Assembly (NCBI GenBank): GCA_963765495.1
Contig: CAVXWP010000003.1
Location: 262,671-326,670 of the forward strand
DNA: 64,000 nucleotides
From: Blastocatellia bacterium
Lineage (GTDB): Bacteria > Acidobacteriota > Blastocatellia > UBA7656
Direction: 5' to 3'
Shown: positions 40,520-50,934 of the stretch, in pieces
Layout: every line of letters begins with the position of its first letter
How positions within the stretch are numbered: position 1 is the first letter of the stretch
Position numbers and translations under genes: made by a program
Notes under the pieces: model-generated
The model's input: the letters and a program-made list of their open reading frames with translations, nothing else
What the model was told of the DNA's origin: nothing
Databases searched by the model: none

Positions 40520-42000
40520 AAAGCTACGTGGGCAGGGTTTCATCTCAGATATCGCTTACGCTCGCCGTAGCGTCTGTTTTCGCGTTCAATTTCCCGGGCG
40601 CAACCGCGCTTGCTCAAAAGGCCGTTCCCCGCTCCACTGCTGAAAGCTGGCGAAAGCAGCCGCCACAGCCTGCGCCTGCGCGCCCCTTTGCGCTTCCAGC
40701 GATGCGCTCGACCCGGCTCAAAAACGGATTGACGCTTGTGATGATCGAAGATCACCGGACGCCGATGGTCACTATCGACATAAACATTCCCACCGGCAGC
40801 GTAAACGACCCGGCGGGGCAGCCGGGGCTTGCCGAAGCCGCGGCGGAATTGCTGACCGAAGGCGCGGGCAATCGCACAAGCGAGCAACTCTCTCGCGAAA
40901 TAGAGACGCTCGGCGGGCAAATATCTTCGTCCGCCAACGACGATTTTTCCGATATAGAAGTTTCGGTCGTAGCCGAAAATGCCGAGCGGATGATGGAGAT
41001 AGCGGGCGATGTCGCGCTTCGCCCTACCTTTCCCGTAAACGAGGTGGCGCTTTATAAAGACAACCGCATACAGGTATTGACCGTGCAGCGACAGGACCCC
41101 GCCTATCTCGTGAGCGAGCATTTCAACCGCATACTCTATGGCGCGCACCCTTACGGCATAACTTCGCCGACGCCCGAATCCGTAGCCGCGATGGATCGCG
41201 AAAAGATCGAGCGCTTCTATAAAACCAGCTACTCGCCCACGGGGTCTGTGATCGTCATCGTAGGCGATTTCGAGCCTGAAAAGATGGAAGCGAAGGTGCG
41301 AGCCATTTTCGAAGGATGGAAAGCCTCCGATACATCCGAGCTAAAGCTTCCGGCGATGCCTGAGCGAAAAGAGAGGCGCGTTTATCTGATAGACCGGCCC
41401 GGTTCCGAGCAGGCCGATTTCCGTGTAGGCAATCTGGGGGTGGCGCATCGGGATGCGGATTACTTCCCTCTGCTTGTGGCGAACACGATACTGGGCGGCG
41501 GCACAAGTTCGCGCCTCTTTCTGAACATCCGCGAGCAGAAGGGCTACACCTATGATGTCTCAAGCTCGATCAATGCGCCGCTGAGGCAGGGCACTTTTTT
41601 CGGCGCATCCGAAACGCGCACCGAAGTCGCCGTTCCCGCGATCAAAGAGATGCTCGCCGAATTCGACCGCCTGCGCGCAGTCAAGGTGACAGAGACGGAT
41701 TTGCGGAACGCAAAGAATTATTTGAGCGGCGTCTTCTCGCTGATACTTTCGACCGAAGGCGGCGTAGCCGATCAGATTGGCCTGACTTATATGCTGGGAC
41801 TTGGGCCGGATTATCTGAAAGATTATCGCGCCCGTATCGAAGCCGTCACCGCCGATCAGGTCCAGCAGGCTGCCAGAAAGTATGTGCTGACCGACCGCCC
41901 CGCCATAGTGGTCGTGGGAGACGCGGCAAAGCTCAGAAAAGAGCTTTCGACCGTCGGCCCCGTAGAGGTATTCGATATCGAAGGAAAAGCGATTAAATAA
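40516..42000 (+). CDS. M16 peptidase, non-catalytic partner subunit
   Basis: LKNGL, LGGGTSSRLF.NIRE.KGYTY; HXXEH absent; ATGA overlap with partner. Confidence 0.9.
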   Translation: MKSYVGRVSSQISLTLAVASVFAFNFPGATALAQKAVPRSTAESWRKQPPQPAPARPFALPAMRSTRLKNGLTLVMIEDHRTPMVTIDINIPTGSVNDPAGQPGLAEAAAELLTEGAGNRTSEQLSREIETLGGQISSSANDDFSDIEVSVVAENAERMMEIAGDVALRPTFPVNEVALYKDNRIQVLTVQRQDPAYLVSEHFNRILYGAHPYGITSPTPESVAAMDREKIERFYKTSYSPTGSVIVIVGDFEPEKMEAKVRAIFEGWKASDTSELKLPAMPERKERRVYLIDRPGSEQADFRVGNLGVAHRDADYFPLLVANTILGGGTSSRLFLNIREQKGYTYDVSSSINAPLRQGTFFGASETRTEVAVPAIKEMLAEFDRLRAVKVTETDLRNAKNYLSGVFSLILSTEGGVADQIGLTYMLGLGPDYLKDYRARIEAVTADQVQQAARKYVLTDRPAIVVVGDAAKLRKELSTVGPVEVFDIEGKAIK

Positions 42001-42109
42001 AAAGCGTGAGGCTCTGAGATTTGAAAGCTGAAATCTAAAGAGTCTCTTAAGAGAATCAAATAGCCCGGGGCAAATCGAAGCGCCGCCCCGGGAATGGAAA
42101 CCTCTAATT

Positions 42110-42167
42110 ACCAAAGCCCTGAGAGGGCGCGATAGGCCGGTTATTGCGCCCTCTCAGGGCTTTGGTA
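42110..42167. repeat. Long REP-like palindrome
   Basis: ACCAAAGCCCTGAGAGGGCGCGATA ... TATTGCGCCCTCTCAGGGCTTTGGT. Confidence 0.7.
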
Positions 42168-42205
42168 CATACTCTCAAAACAGGTTCTGAGGCCCAAAGG
42201 GAAAG

Positions 42206-43711
42206 ATGATGAGTGATAACACTCTGCTTCGCGCCACCGACATCACCAAATCTTACGCCGGGGTGCAGGCATTAAAGAGCGTCTCGTTTGAATTGCGCGC
42301 GGGTGAAGTCCATGCCCTCGTCGGCGAAAACGGAGCGGGCAAATCTACCCTGATCAAGATCATCACAGGAGCGATTCAGGCCGATAGCGGCGAGGTAGAA
42401 TTAATCGGCAAGACGATCACGCGCAACTCTCCGCGCCTGGCCAGATCGCTTGGCATAACAGCAATCTATCAGCAACCGGCGCTGTTTCCCGAACTCAGTG
42501 TTGCCGAAAACATCTCGATAGGGATTGAGCAATCAAGCCTCTGGAGGCGCGTTGACTGGAAAGAGCGCCGCCTTCGCGCCGCCCGATTGCTGAAACTGGT
42601 GGGAGCAAAGATCGACCCCGACCGGGACGCCGGCGACCTCACCATGCCGGAACAGCAGTTAGTCGAGATCGCTCGCGCACTGGGGGCCGAGGCAAAGGTT
42701 TTAATCCTTGATGAGCCGACGGCTTCGCTTTCCGAAGAGGACACCGAAAACCTCTTTCATGTGATCCGTCAGCTTCGCGCGCAGGGCGTAGGCATGATCT
42801 ACATCTCGCATCGACTGGAAGAGTTGCCTGTGATTGCCGACCGCGTTAGTGTGTTGCGCGATGGCCGCGCGATTGGAACCCGGATGATGTCGGAAGTGAA
42901 TCGCGAGCAGTTGATTCAATTGATGGTTGGCCGCGAACTGTCAGCAGTCTTTCCAAAAAAAGCTGTCGAGCCGGGCGAAACGGTTCTTGAACTTCGCCGT
43001 CTCGGTTGCTCTGAAACAGGAATAAAGGATGTGAATCTCACTGTTCGCTCGGGAGAGATAGTCGGCCTTGCCGGGCTCGTGGGCGCGGGGCGCACGGAGC
43101 TTGCGCGAACGATTTTCGGCCTGTCTCCGGCAGATGCGGGGGAAATGCTTATCGGCGGCAAGCCTGTACGTATCGACAGCCCGGCGCAGGCCATCGCGCG
43201 CGGCATCGCCTATCTGCCCGAAGACAGGCGACGCCACGGAGTCATCGCGGATTTGCCCGTCAGCGCAAACATCACGCTTGCATCGCTCGACAAGCTCTCG
43301 CGTTTTGGGGCGATGGATTACCGGCGAGAGAAACAGATCGCCGCCGATTATACCGATAGGCTCGGCATAAAGACGCCCGCGATATTTGCCCCCGTGGCAA
43401 CCCTTTCGGGCGGCAATCAGCAAAAAGTGGCCCTGAGCCGCTGGCTCGTGACCCGCCCGTCCTTGCTCATACTGGATGAGCCTACGCAGGGGATTGATGT
43501 CGGGGCGAAGTCAGAGATTCACGCGTTGATGACCGATCTGGCCGCGCAGGGCGTGGCTATTGTGATGATCTCGTCAGAGATGCCGGAGATTCTTGGAATG
43601 AGCGACCGCATCTGTGTGATGGGCGGCGGTCGTGTTGTCGCGACTCTGGATCGCGCCGAGGCCACTCAGGAAAAAATCCTCGCGCTGGCTCTCAGTAGTA
43701 ATGTACGTTGA
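42206..43711 (+). CDS. Sugar ABC transporter ATP-binding protein (RbsA/RhaT-type)
   Basis: GENGAGKS, LDEPT, LSGGNQQK. Confidence 0.95.
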   Translation: MMSDNTLLRATDITKSYAGVQALKSVSFELRAGEVHALVGENGAGKSTLIKIITGAIQADSGEVELIGKTITRNSPRLARSLGITAIYQQPALFPELSVAENISIGIEQSSLWRRVDWKERRLRAARLLKLVGAKIDPDRDAGDLTMPEQQLVEIARALGAEAKVLILDEPTASLSEEDTENLFHVIRQLRAQGVGMIYISHRLEELPVIADRVSVLRDGRAIGTRMMSEVNREQLIQLMVGRELSAVFPKKAVEPGETVLELRRLGCSETGIKDVNLTVRSGEIVGLAGLVGAGRTELARTIFGLSPADAGEMLIGGKPVRIDSPAQAIARGIAYLPEDRRRHGVIADLPVSANITLASLDKLSRFGAMDYRREKQIAADYTDRLGIKTPAIFAPVATLSGGNQQKVALSRWLVTRPSLLILDEPTQGIDVGAKSEIHALMTDLAAQGVAIVMISSEMPEILGMSDRICVMGGGRVVATLDRAEATQEKILALALSSNVR

Positions 43712-43779
43712 GTCTGAATCGAAACGCTTAAGCTGGGCACAGATGAATCTACAAGCATTTCCAAAATAGGGTGAGTAGA

Positions 43780-43882
43780 AATAGGCCGCGGATAACGCGG
43801 ATGCGGCGGATTTTCGCGGATCTGAACCCGATAAAATAAAATCCGTGTTGATCCGTCGCATCCGTGTCATCCGTAGCCTGTT
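43780..43882. repeat. Intergenic palindromic element of 9-bp CGGAT-type repeats
   Basis: aataggccgcggataacgcggatgcggcggattttcgcggatctgaac ... atccgtgttgatccgtcgcatccgtgtcatccgtagcctgtt; related to 47018-47118. Confidence 0.7.
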
Positions 43883-43910
43883 ACCGCGTGTTATTAATCA
43901 GGTCTGAAAT

Positions 43911-44891
43911 ATGAAACTCGGTCGTTATAAAAGAGAGATATCGGCCCTGTCGGCCTACGCCGCGTTGCTGGTTGTGATCGCCGTGATCGCGCCCGCGTTT
44001 TTCAGCGCCACCAATTTGCGCGACCTCGCCTTAAACAACGCAAGCGTGCTGCTGGTCGCGATTGGAATGACGATGGTGATTCTTGCGGGGCAGATTGACA
44101 TCTCCGTAGGCTCGCAATTCGCGGTAGCAGGCATCGCCGCCGGATGGCTTGCAAAGGCAGGTGTTCCTATACCCTTGCTCTTGCCCTGTCTGCTTGTGAT
44201 TGGCGCTTGTATGGGAGCATTCAATGGATTGCTCGTCGGATATCTTCGTCTGCCTTCAATCATCGTTACGCTCGCTATGCTGGCTGTCTGGCGCGACGGA
44301 CTGCGCTGGACAACTCAGGGCGCGTGGGTGCAAGACCTCCCGGCAAACTTTCAATGGCTCGGAGTGGGGCAAACAATAGGCCAGTGGTTGATAGTCGCTG
44401 TCACTGCTGGTCTGCTGATTGGCTTTGGCTGGATGTTGAGAAACCTGAACGCGGGGCGAGCGATTTACGCGGTAGGCTCTGATCAAGAAGCCGCGCGGCT
44501 CGCAGGAATAGAGCCGCAGCGGGTCGTCTTCGGCGTCTTCGTTCTTTTGGGCGCGCTCACGGGGCTCGCGGCATTGCTCAACGCCGTGCGCTTTTCAAGC
44601 GTTCCTGCCAATGCGGGTTCTGGCCTGGAACTCAAAGCCATAGCCGCCGTCGTCGTGGGCGGAACCGAGATCACAGGAGGGCGCGGCCGTGTAGTCGGAA
44701 CTTTGATAGGCGCGGCGCTGCTCGGAACGATTGGCACGGGATTGACCTTTGTGGGTATCAATCCATTTTGGGAACGCGCCGTTCAGGGCGCGATCATTCT
44801 GGCGGCGCTGGTTTCAGATGTGGCGCTTGGACGTCTGGCGTATCAAAGTTCACATGGCAGACTCAATCTCTTTCACTCAAACAACCGTTAA
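43911..44891 (+). CDS. Sugar ABC transporter permease
   Basis: IDISVGS, PSIIVTLA, ELKAIAAVVVGG. Confidence 0.93.
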   Translation: MKLGRYKREISALSAYAALLVVIAVIAPAFFSATNLRDLALNNASVLLVAIGMTMVILAGQIDISVGSQFAVAGIAAGWLAKAGVPIPLLLPCLLVIGACMGAFNGLLVGYLRLPSIIVTLAMLAVWRDGLRWTTQGAWVQDLPANFQWLGVGQTIGQWLIVAVTAGLLIGFGWMLRNLNAGRAIYAVGSDQEAARLAGIEPQRVVFGVFVLLGALTGLAALLNAVRFSSVPANAGSGLELKAIAAVVVGGTEITGGRGRVVGTLIGAALLGTIGTGLTFVGINPFWERAVQGAIILAALVSDVALGRLAYQSSHGRLNLFHSNNR

Positions 44892-46941
44892 GCTTGACGC
44901 GCCGTGGCGCAAGCGTCTGTTCCCGAATAACGAATGGGTGCTCATCGTCGTGCTGGCGGTCGAATGCTTGATCTTCAGCCTTACGGGAAAGAATTTCCTG
45001 TCGGCGGCAAATTCGTTTGAAGTGATGCGACTGGCCGTAGAGATCGGACTGCTTGCGCTCGCGCTCACTCCGATAATCATCACGGGCGGTATAGATCTTT
45101 CAGTAGGCTCGATGATGGGGCTTTCGGCCGTTGTGCTTGGAAGCCTCTGGCGCGATACGCATCTCTCTTTGCCGCTCGCCGCCGCGCTCACACTGTTTGT
45201 AGGTCTGATGGGCGGAGGCGTAAACGCGTTCTTGATTGCCCGGCTCAACTTCCCTCCGTTGATAGTCACGCTTGGCACATTCTCTCTTTTTCGCGGAATC
45301 GCCGAAGGGCTCACGCGCGGGATTGAGAATTACTCCGGCTTTTCCGAAGAGTTTCTATTTTTGGGGCAGGGCTATGTTGGAGGCGTGTTTCCAACGCAGT
45401 TGTTTATCTTTATCGCGGCAATCATCGGAGTCTGGTGGTGGCTCGCTCGTTCAAGCTACGGGCGCAGCCTCTATGCCATAGGATATTCCGCCGAAGGAGC
45501 GCGCTATGCCGGGATAGGCGTAGCCAGACGAGTTGGCTTTAATTATATTGTATCGGGGCTGGCTTCAAGCCTCGCGGCGATCATTTATGTAGCGCATCTC
45601 GGTCAGGCAAAATCAGACGCGGGCACGGGCTACGAGTTGATCGCAATCACGGCTGTTGTGCTTGGCGGCGCGTCAATATTTGGCGGGCGCGGCACGGTGA
45701 CGGGCACCGTGCTCGGGTTGCTCGCGATTGTGATCCTGCAAAACGGGCTGCGGTTGAGCGCCCAGCCCTCAGAACTTGCAGGCATACTGACGGGCGTATT
45801 GTTGATAGCCACGATTCTTTTGGATCGCCTCTCCAGTCGCGCAAGACCCGAGCCGCGCGAAAACATCTCGCAAGAGGAGGATGAAGTGAAGAACTGGCAG
45901 GTCTGGGTTTTGAGCGGTGTCATACTTTTTGGCGCGCTGATCGTGGCGGGCAGCAACTGGTTTCTTGTTCGCTCGCTCAGACAGGAGCTACGTGTTCCCT
46001 CAAGCAACACATCCGCAATCACGACGGAAGACCAGCGCAAGCCAGTGATCGCGATGATGCCGAAAGCGAAAGGCGATCCTTATTTCATCAGTTGTCGTCA
46101 GGGCGCCGAAGAGGCCGCGCGTGAGCTAGGCGTAGAGTTGCTATGGGATGGCCCTACCGATCTCGACCCCGCGAAACAGAATGAAGTGGTCGAGGCATGG
46201 ATCACAAGAGACGTAGACGTGATCGCGGTCAGCGTAGAAAACGAAGTTGCCATCTCTACGGTGCTCGGCAAGGCGCGCGAGCGCGGCATCAAAGTAATCA
46301 CGTGGGACGCCGACGCAAAGCCGGATGCGCGCGATTTCTTTATAAATCAGGCCACGCCCGAAGGCATCGGCTACACGCTTGTGGATGAAGCGGCGAGGAT
46401 ACTTGGGGGCAAGGGAGAGTTTGCCATCATCACGGCATCACTGAGCGCGGCCAACCAGAATGAATGGATAAAGCACATTCGGGCGCGGCTGGCAGAGAAG
46501 TACCCCGAATTGACATTAGTGGCGATTCAGCCGAGCGAAGGCGACCGCGACCGCGCTTTTGCCGAAACGCAGACGGTTTTGAAGGTCTACCCACAGGTGA
46601 AGTTGATTATGGCGATTGCGGCTCCTGCCGTACCCGGAGCGGCAGAAGCGGTCAAACAATCGGGTCGTTCGGATGTAAAAGTCACGGGGCTGTCGCTTCC
46701 AAATATGTGCAGGCCATACGTCGAGTCGGGCGTGATCGAAAGCATCGTGTTATGGAATACGGTCGATCTCGGGTATCTTACGGTCTATGCCTCAAACGCT
46801 CTGGCCACAGGCGCGCTCAAGCGCGGAGACCGGCAGATAGAGGCCGGGCGATTGGGCAAGATCGAAGTCGTTAAAGATCAGATAATGCTTGGCGCTCCAT
46901 ACATCTTCAACCGTGAAAATATTGCCCGCTTCGATTTTTGA
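44854..46941 (+). CDS. Fused sugar ABC permease + substrate-binding protein (RhaS/LsrB-like)
   Basis: Permease motifs IDLSVGS, ELIAITAVVLGG, then MPKAKGDPYF, ITWDAD, LWNTVDLGY in one frame. Confidence 0.88.
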   Translation: MADSISFTQTTVKLDAPWRKRLFPNNEWVLIVVLAVECLIFSLTGKNFLSAANSFEVMRLAVEIGLLALALTPIIITGGIDLSVGSMMGLSAVVLGSLWRDTHLSLPLAAALTLFVGLMGGGVNAFLIARLNFPPLIVTLGTFSLFRGIAEGLTRGIENYSGFSEEFLFLGQGYVGGVFPTQLFIFIAAIIGVWWWLARSSYGRSLYAIGYSAEGARYAGIGVARRVGFNYIVSGLASSLAAIIYVAHLGQAKSDAGTGYELIAITAVVLGGASIFGGRGTVTGTVLGLLAIVILQNGLRLSAQPSELAGILTGVLLIATILLDRLSSRARPEPRENISQEEDEVKNWQVWVLSGVILFGALIVAGSNWFLVRSLRQELRVPSSNTSAITTEDQRKPVIAMMPKAKGDPYFISCRQGAEEAARELGVELLWDGPTDLDPAKQNEVVEAWITRDVDVIAVSVENEVAISTVLGKARERGIKVITWDADAKPDARDFFINQATPEGIGYTLVDEAARILGGKGEFAIITASLSAANQNEWIKHIRARLAEKYPELTLVAIQPSEGDRDRAFAETQTVLKVYPQVKLIMAIAAPAVPGAAEAVKQSGRSDVKVTGLSLPNMCRPYVESGVIESIVLWNTVDLGYLTVYASNALATGALKRGDRQIEAGRLGKIEVVKDQIMLGAPYIFNRENIARFDF

Positions 46942-47017
46942 CGCTCGATGGATTGTAAGGCCTGAACCCTTCAGCAAGGGATTTGTAGAAACGAAATTGA
47001 ATGAAAGGCAGATCGGA

Positions 47018-47118
47018 ATAGGCCACGGATTCGACGGATTCGACGGATTCGACGGATTAGACCATATCAGGTTCAGATCCGCGAAAATCCGCCGCATCCG
47101 CGTCCGTCCCGGCCTATT
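47018..47118. repeat. Second copy of the 9-bp-repeat palindromic element, inverted
   Basis: aataggccacggattcgacggattcgacggattcgacggatt ... gttcagatccgcgaaaatccgccgcatccgcgt..ggcctatt. Confidence 0.72.
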
Positions 47119-47170
47119 TCTAATTACACTACTTTGGAGTTTCGTTTGTACTAATCTTGCGCATTTCGAT

Positions 47171-47902
47171 TTAGATTTTCTTCCAGACGAGATCGTTGTT
47201 TTCGCGGCGGTCGCGCATCTCGACAACGCGCCCGGCGGCGTCGCGGATAAAGACTTTTTCGCCGCGAATCGTGCCTTTGATGAAATATGTGTTTACATCG
47301 GCGGGTAATAACTCTTGCTTGTCTCTGCCCGTACGTTGCCCCATTAATTTTCCGTCCTCGATTGTGATTTTGTACGTTACGCCTTCGGTCAGTTTATACT
47401 CTCCTCTGAGAGCGTCATAAACCTTTGGGTCAACCTTTACTGATTGACGCTCGCTCGGGCGGACGGTGATCTGTTCGGCAACCAGCATCCACTGACCGTT
47501 GCGTTTGAAATAGGTGTCTGTGACGAGATAGATCGGGGCCAGCCGCTGCCCGAAAACAGTCTCTTCTTCGAGAGCCTGCCAGGATATGATTGCCGCATCC
47601 CGGTTGATGCGCGATTTCACATTAGCGACTTTTATCGAGCCTGAATAACCTTTCGGAAGAGGCGCGAGCGATTCCACGAGGTCTTTTTTTGTCAGTACAT
47701 TCCAGGTTTCATCCGTGTATATCACATCGTCGGCGACGTGCTTTTCCCATACCGCTTTGTCGCCTGCGGCCACGGCGTCCATCAGGGATTGAATTATGTG
47801 AACGATCTGCTTTTCGGTATCGGCATCCGAGCTTTCCTGTGCCGGGCAAACCGCTACGTTCAAGCCAAGGATCAACATCGCAATACAGATAAAATGTTTC
47901 AT
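47171..47902 (-). CDS. Secreted NTF2-like (DUF4440) protein with DUF3471-like C-terminus
   Basis: Signal peptide; DAVAAGDKAVW..ADD, TDTYFKRNGQW; VDPKVYDALRGEY. Confidence 0.78.
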   Translation of the reverse strand: MKHFICIAMLILGLNVAVCPAQESSDADTEKQIVHIIQSLMDAVAAGDKAVWEKHVADDVIYTDETWNVLTKKDLVESLAPLPKGYSGSIKVANVKSRINRDAAIISWQALEEETVFGQRLAPIYLVTDTYFKRNGQWMLVAEQITVRPSERQSVKVDPKVYDALRGEYKLTEGVTYKITIEDGKLMGQRTGRDKQELLPADVNTYFIKGTIRGEKVFIRDAAGRVVEMRDRRENNDLVWKKI

Positions 47903-48182
47903 GTGCCTCCTGCTTTTTGGAAACTATTCCCAACCATTCTTATCCCTAAAAATCGGCCCAGTACGCGCCGGTCTTACACATCTGATACCACTTCTCGGCG
48001 TCTTTGTCATTGTAGACCCCGAGCAACTTTATAATTTCGCGTGCGAATTACTGCTGCCGTCAGGTAAACTTGAGCAGCAATCGGCACCGACGCTACGAGG
48101 CGCGATTTTCTTATGCTGCCTCTATTGATTGAGCCGAAAGCGAGGTGTATCTCAGACTATCAAAGGACGAGTATAGGCTGCT

Positions 48183-48353
48183 ACCTTAGCAGAGATAGAT
48201 GAACGCAAGAGCCGTATCGTAGAACTGCGCTTCTTCGGCGGAATGAGCAACGAAGAGATCGCCGAAGTGCTCGAAATCTCGAAGATCACCGTGATCCGCG
48301 AGTGGAATAAAGCAAAGGCGTGGCTTTACCGCGAATTGAGCCACCGGCCATGA
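48183..48353 (+). pseudogene. 3' remnant of an ECF sigma factor (region 4; TIGR02999-like)
   Basis: [52 protein letters not shown]; in-frame stop just upstream, no start. Confidence 0.85.
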
Positions 48354-48372
48354 ATTACCGACCCCCTCGTTT

Positions 48373-48986
48373 ATGGACGCTGAACGCTGGACCAGAATAG
48401 ATCGCCTGCTTGATCAGGCTATGGAGCATCCACCTGAGAGACGCGCCGACTTCCTGGCAGCCGCCTGCGCGGGCGATGATCAGTTACGGCGCGAAGTCGA
48501 AACGCTGCTCGAAGCCCATTCGCAATCCGAATCTTTTCTCAGTATTCCGGCGTTCGATCTGGTTGCCCGGGTCTGGCCGGTGAGAGACAACCCTCGCTTG
48601 TCGGGAAACGACTCGAGCCTATCAGGTGCTCTCTCTGCTCGGCGCAGGCGGGATGGGTGAAGTCTATCTGGCGCGCGATAAACGGTTAAAGCGCAAACTG
48701 GCGCTCAAATTCTTGCCGCAGCAATTCACGCGAGACCCGGACCGCGTCCGGCGTTTCGAGCGCGAAGCTCGCGCCGCATCGGCGCTCAATCCTCCAAACA
48801 TCCTCACGATTTATGAGATAGGCGAGATGGCCGGAACCTATTTCATCGCCGCCGAATATGTGAAAGGCCAGCCCCTGCGCCAACTGATAAGGCGTGGCCC
48901 GCTCCGCACCAAAGAGACAATAGATATATGCTCGCAAGTGGCCGATGCTCTGGATGCGGCGCACGAAGCCGGGCTGGTCCATCGCG
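48373..48986 (+). pseudogene. Frameshifted, truncated Ser/Thr kinase
   Basis: MDAERWTRIDRLL..LRREVETLL, then in another frame LGAGGMGEVY..FEREARAASALN..GLVHR, ending before the D of HRD. Confidence 0.88.
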
Positions 48987-49259
48987 CGAGCGGTGTACAA
49001 TAAACCGCCGATTCTGATCTTCGATGAAGCGACCAGCGCCCTGGATACCGAGTCTGAGAAGGCCGTCAAAGAGAACATGGCTCAACTGCTGAAGGGTCGA
49101 ACCTCATTCGTCATCGCGCATCGCCTCAGCACTATTCGCGATGCCGACCTGATACTGGTCATCGAAAAAGGCAGGATCGTCGAGCAGGGGAATCACGAAG
49201 AGTTGATGGAACGGCAGGGACTCTATTACTACCTCAGCAGCCAGCAACTCGGTCTGTAA
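48979..49259 (+). pseudogene. 3' remnant of an ABC exporter ATPase (HlyB/MsbA-type)
   Basis: [41 protein letters not shown]. Confidence 0.88.
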
Positions 49260-49541
49260 AACCACAGGCTCTCTCGATAAAATCGCTTTGCGCTCCTGGT
49301 TTCAAAAGTTCAGGGCCGCTCAAAGCAGGCACTCATGCCCGGCTCATCTTTGCTGCTTTTCGTCACCTCAAATGTTGCTGCCTGCCTGATCATCTCGTAT
49401 ACTCTCGCGTGCTTAAACTCTCGTTTTATCAGAGTGAAAAGTTTTTTTGGTCTTAGCCTTATGAAACGCCCACGGGTTAATTGATTCAGGCTTTATGGGT
49501 GAAGCCTGGAAAATGGTACGAGATGGAAGGAGAATAAATCT

Positions 49542-50693
49542 ATGATGCAGATGAAGAACTTTTTCGTTCTCGGTCTTATTTTGTGCATGTGCCTGTCAGT
49601 CTTCGCACAGGATAGTTCCTACGATGGGCTCGACAATAATCTAAGCAACTTGTACCGGCTGTCTGGAGCGAAGACTTTTTCGATTAGCCCGGAGAACCTG
49701 ACGGGAGAAAAAGGCAAGGGCGGGATGGCAATTCAAGGTAATGCTTCAGACGCTGCGCGGGATTTAGGGCAAGGCTGGAAGATCAACCCTTTCATAATTA
49801 TTGAGCCGGGTAAAACCTTCACTTTAGCGGAGATCAACGGTCAGGGTGCCATTCAGCATATCTGGATGACTCCCACAGGGAACTGGCGTTTCTCGATCCT
49901 TAGAATCTACTGGGATGATGAAACGACGCCTTCGGTCGAGACACCGGCAGGCGATTTCTTCGCGATGGGCTGGGGCAAATACGCGCAGATATCCTCGCTG
50001 CCGATCTGCGTTAATCCGGGCAGTGCTTTTAACTCCTATTGGATGATGCCCTTTAGAAAGAGAGCGAAAATCACGATGGAGAACCTGGACGTGAGGTCGA
50101 TGAGGCTCTACTACCAGATAGATTACACTCTGACTCAAGTGCCAAAAGACGCCGCTTACTTTCATGCGCAGTTTCGCAGAATCAACCCTCTGCCCGAAAA
50201 AGAGGTGTACACCATAATAGATAACATAAAAGGCAAAGGGCATTACGTCGGGACTTATCTGGCGTGGGGAGTAAATAATAATGGATGGTGGGGGGAGGGC
50301 GAGATCAAATTCTACCTGGACGGTGATCAACAGTTTCCGACGATTTGCGGCACAGGGACAGAAGACTATTTCTGCGGGTCATACAACTTTGAGAATCAGG
50401 AGAAGAAGCAGTACCAGGAATTTACTACCCCCTACTCCGGGCTTGCGCAGGTAATCAGACCGGACGGGCTCTACCAGTCACAGCAGAGGTTCGGTTTGTA
50501 TCGATGGCATATAGCAGACCCCGTGCGATTTGAATCTGACTTGAGGGTTACTATTCAGGCTCTCGGATGGAAAAGCGGGGGCAGGTATCTTCCGCTTCGC
50601 GATGACATCGCTTCCGTAGCATACTGGTATCAGGTCGAGCCACACGCATCATTTCCAAAACTCCCGAATAAGGATCAACTGGAAGTGAACTGA
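49542..50693 (+). CDS. GH172 (DUF2961) glycoside hydrolase
   Basis: SISPEN.TGEKG.GG, WWGEGEIKFY.DGD, GTGTEDYF, YRWHI.DP. Confidence 0.9.
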   Translation: MMQMKNFFVLGLILCMCLSVFAQDSSYDGLDNNLSNLYRLSGAKTFSISPENLTGEKGKGGMAIQGNASDAARDLGQGWKINPFIIIEPGKTFTLAEINGQGAIQHIWMTPTGNWRFSILRIYWDDETTPSVETPAGDFFAMGWGKYAQISSLPICVNPGSAFNSYWMMPFRKRAKITMENLDVRSMRLYYQIDYTLTQVPKDAAYFHAQFRRINPLPEKEVYTIIDNIKGKGHYVGTYLAWGVNNNGWWGEGEIKFYLDGDQQFPTICGTGTEDYFCGSYNFENQEKKQYQEFTTPYSGLAQVIRPDGLYQSQQRFGLYRWHIADPVRFESDLRVTIQALGWKSGGRYLPLRDDIASVAYWYQVEPHASFPKLPNKDQLEVN

Positions 50694-50934
50694 AGATATG
50701 AGACAGCCACCATCTTTGCAAGAGCGAGGGTCGTCGGCCACAAGGAGATTCGATCCGCGAATGCTACAAATTATGTCGTTATGGATGTTCATAAACTGAT
50801 TACGGGAAAATTCTGTTAAGGCAAAGGGGCAGCCTGATCGCCCCTTACAGCGTATGCTAATTCCATCGTGCTATACTCCCGCCGTAATCATTACGGCCAG
50901 CCTCGGGCTGCTCATAAGGAGACCAGGAGAGAAT

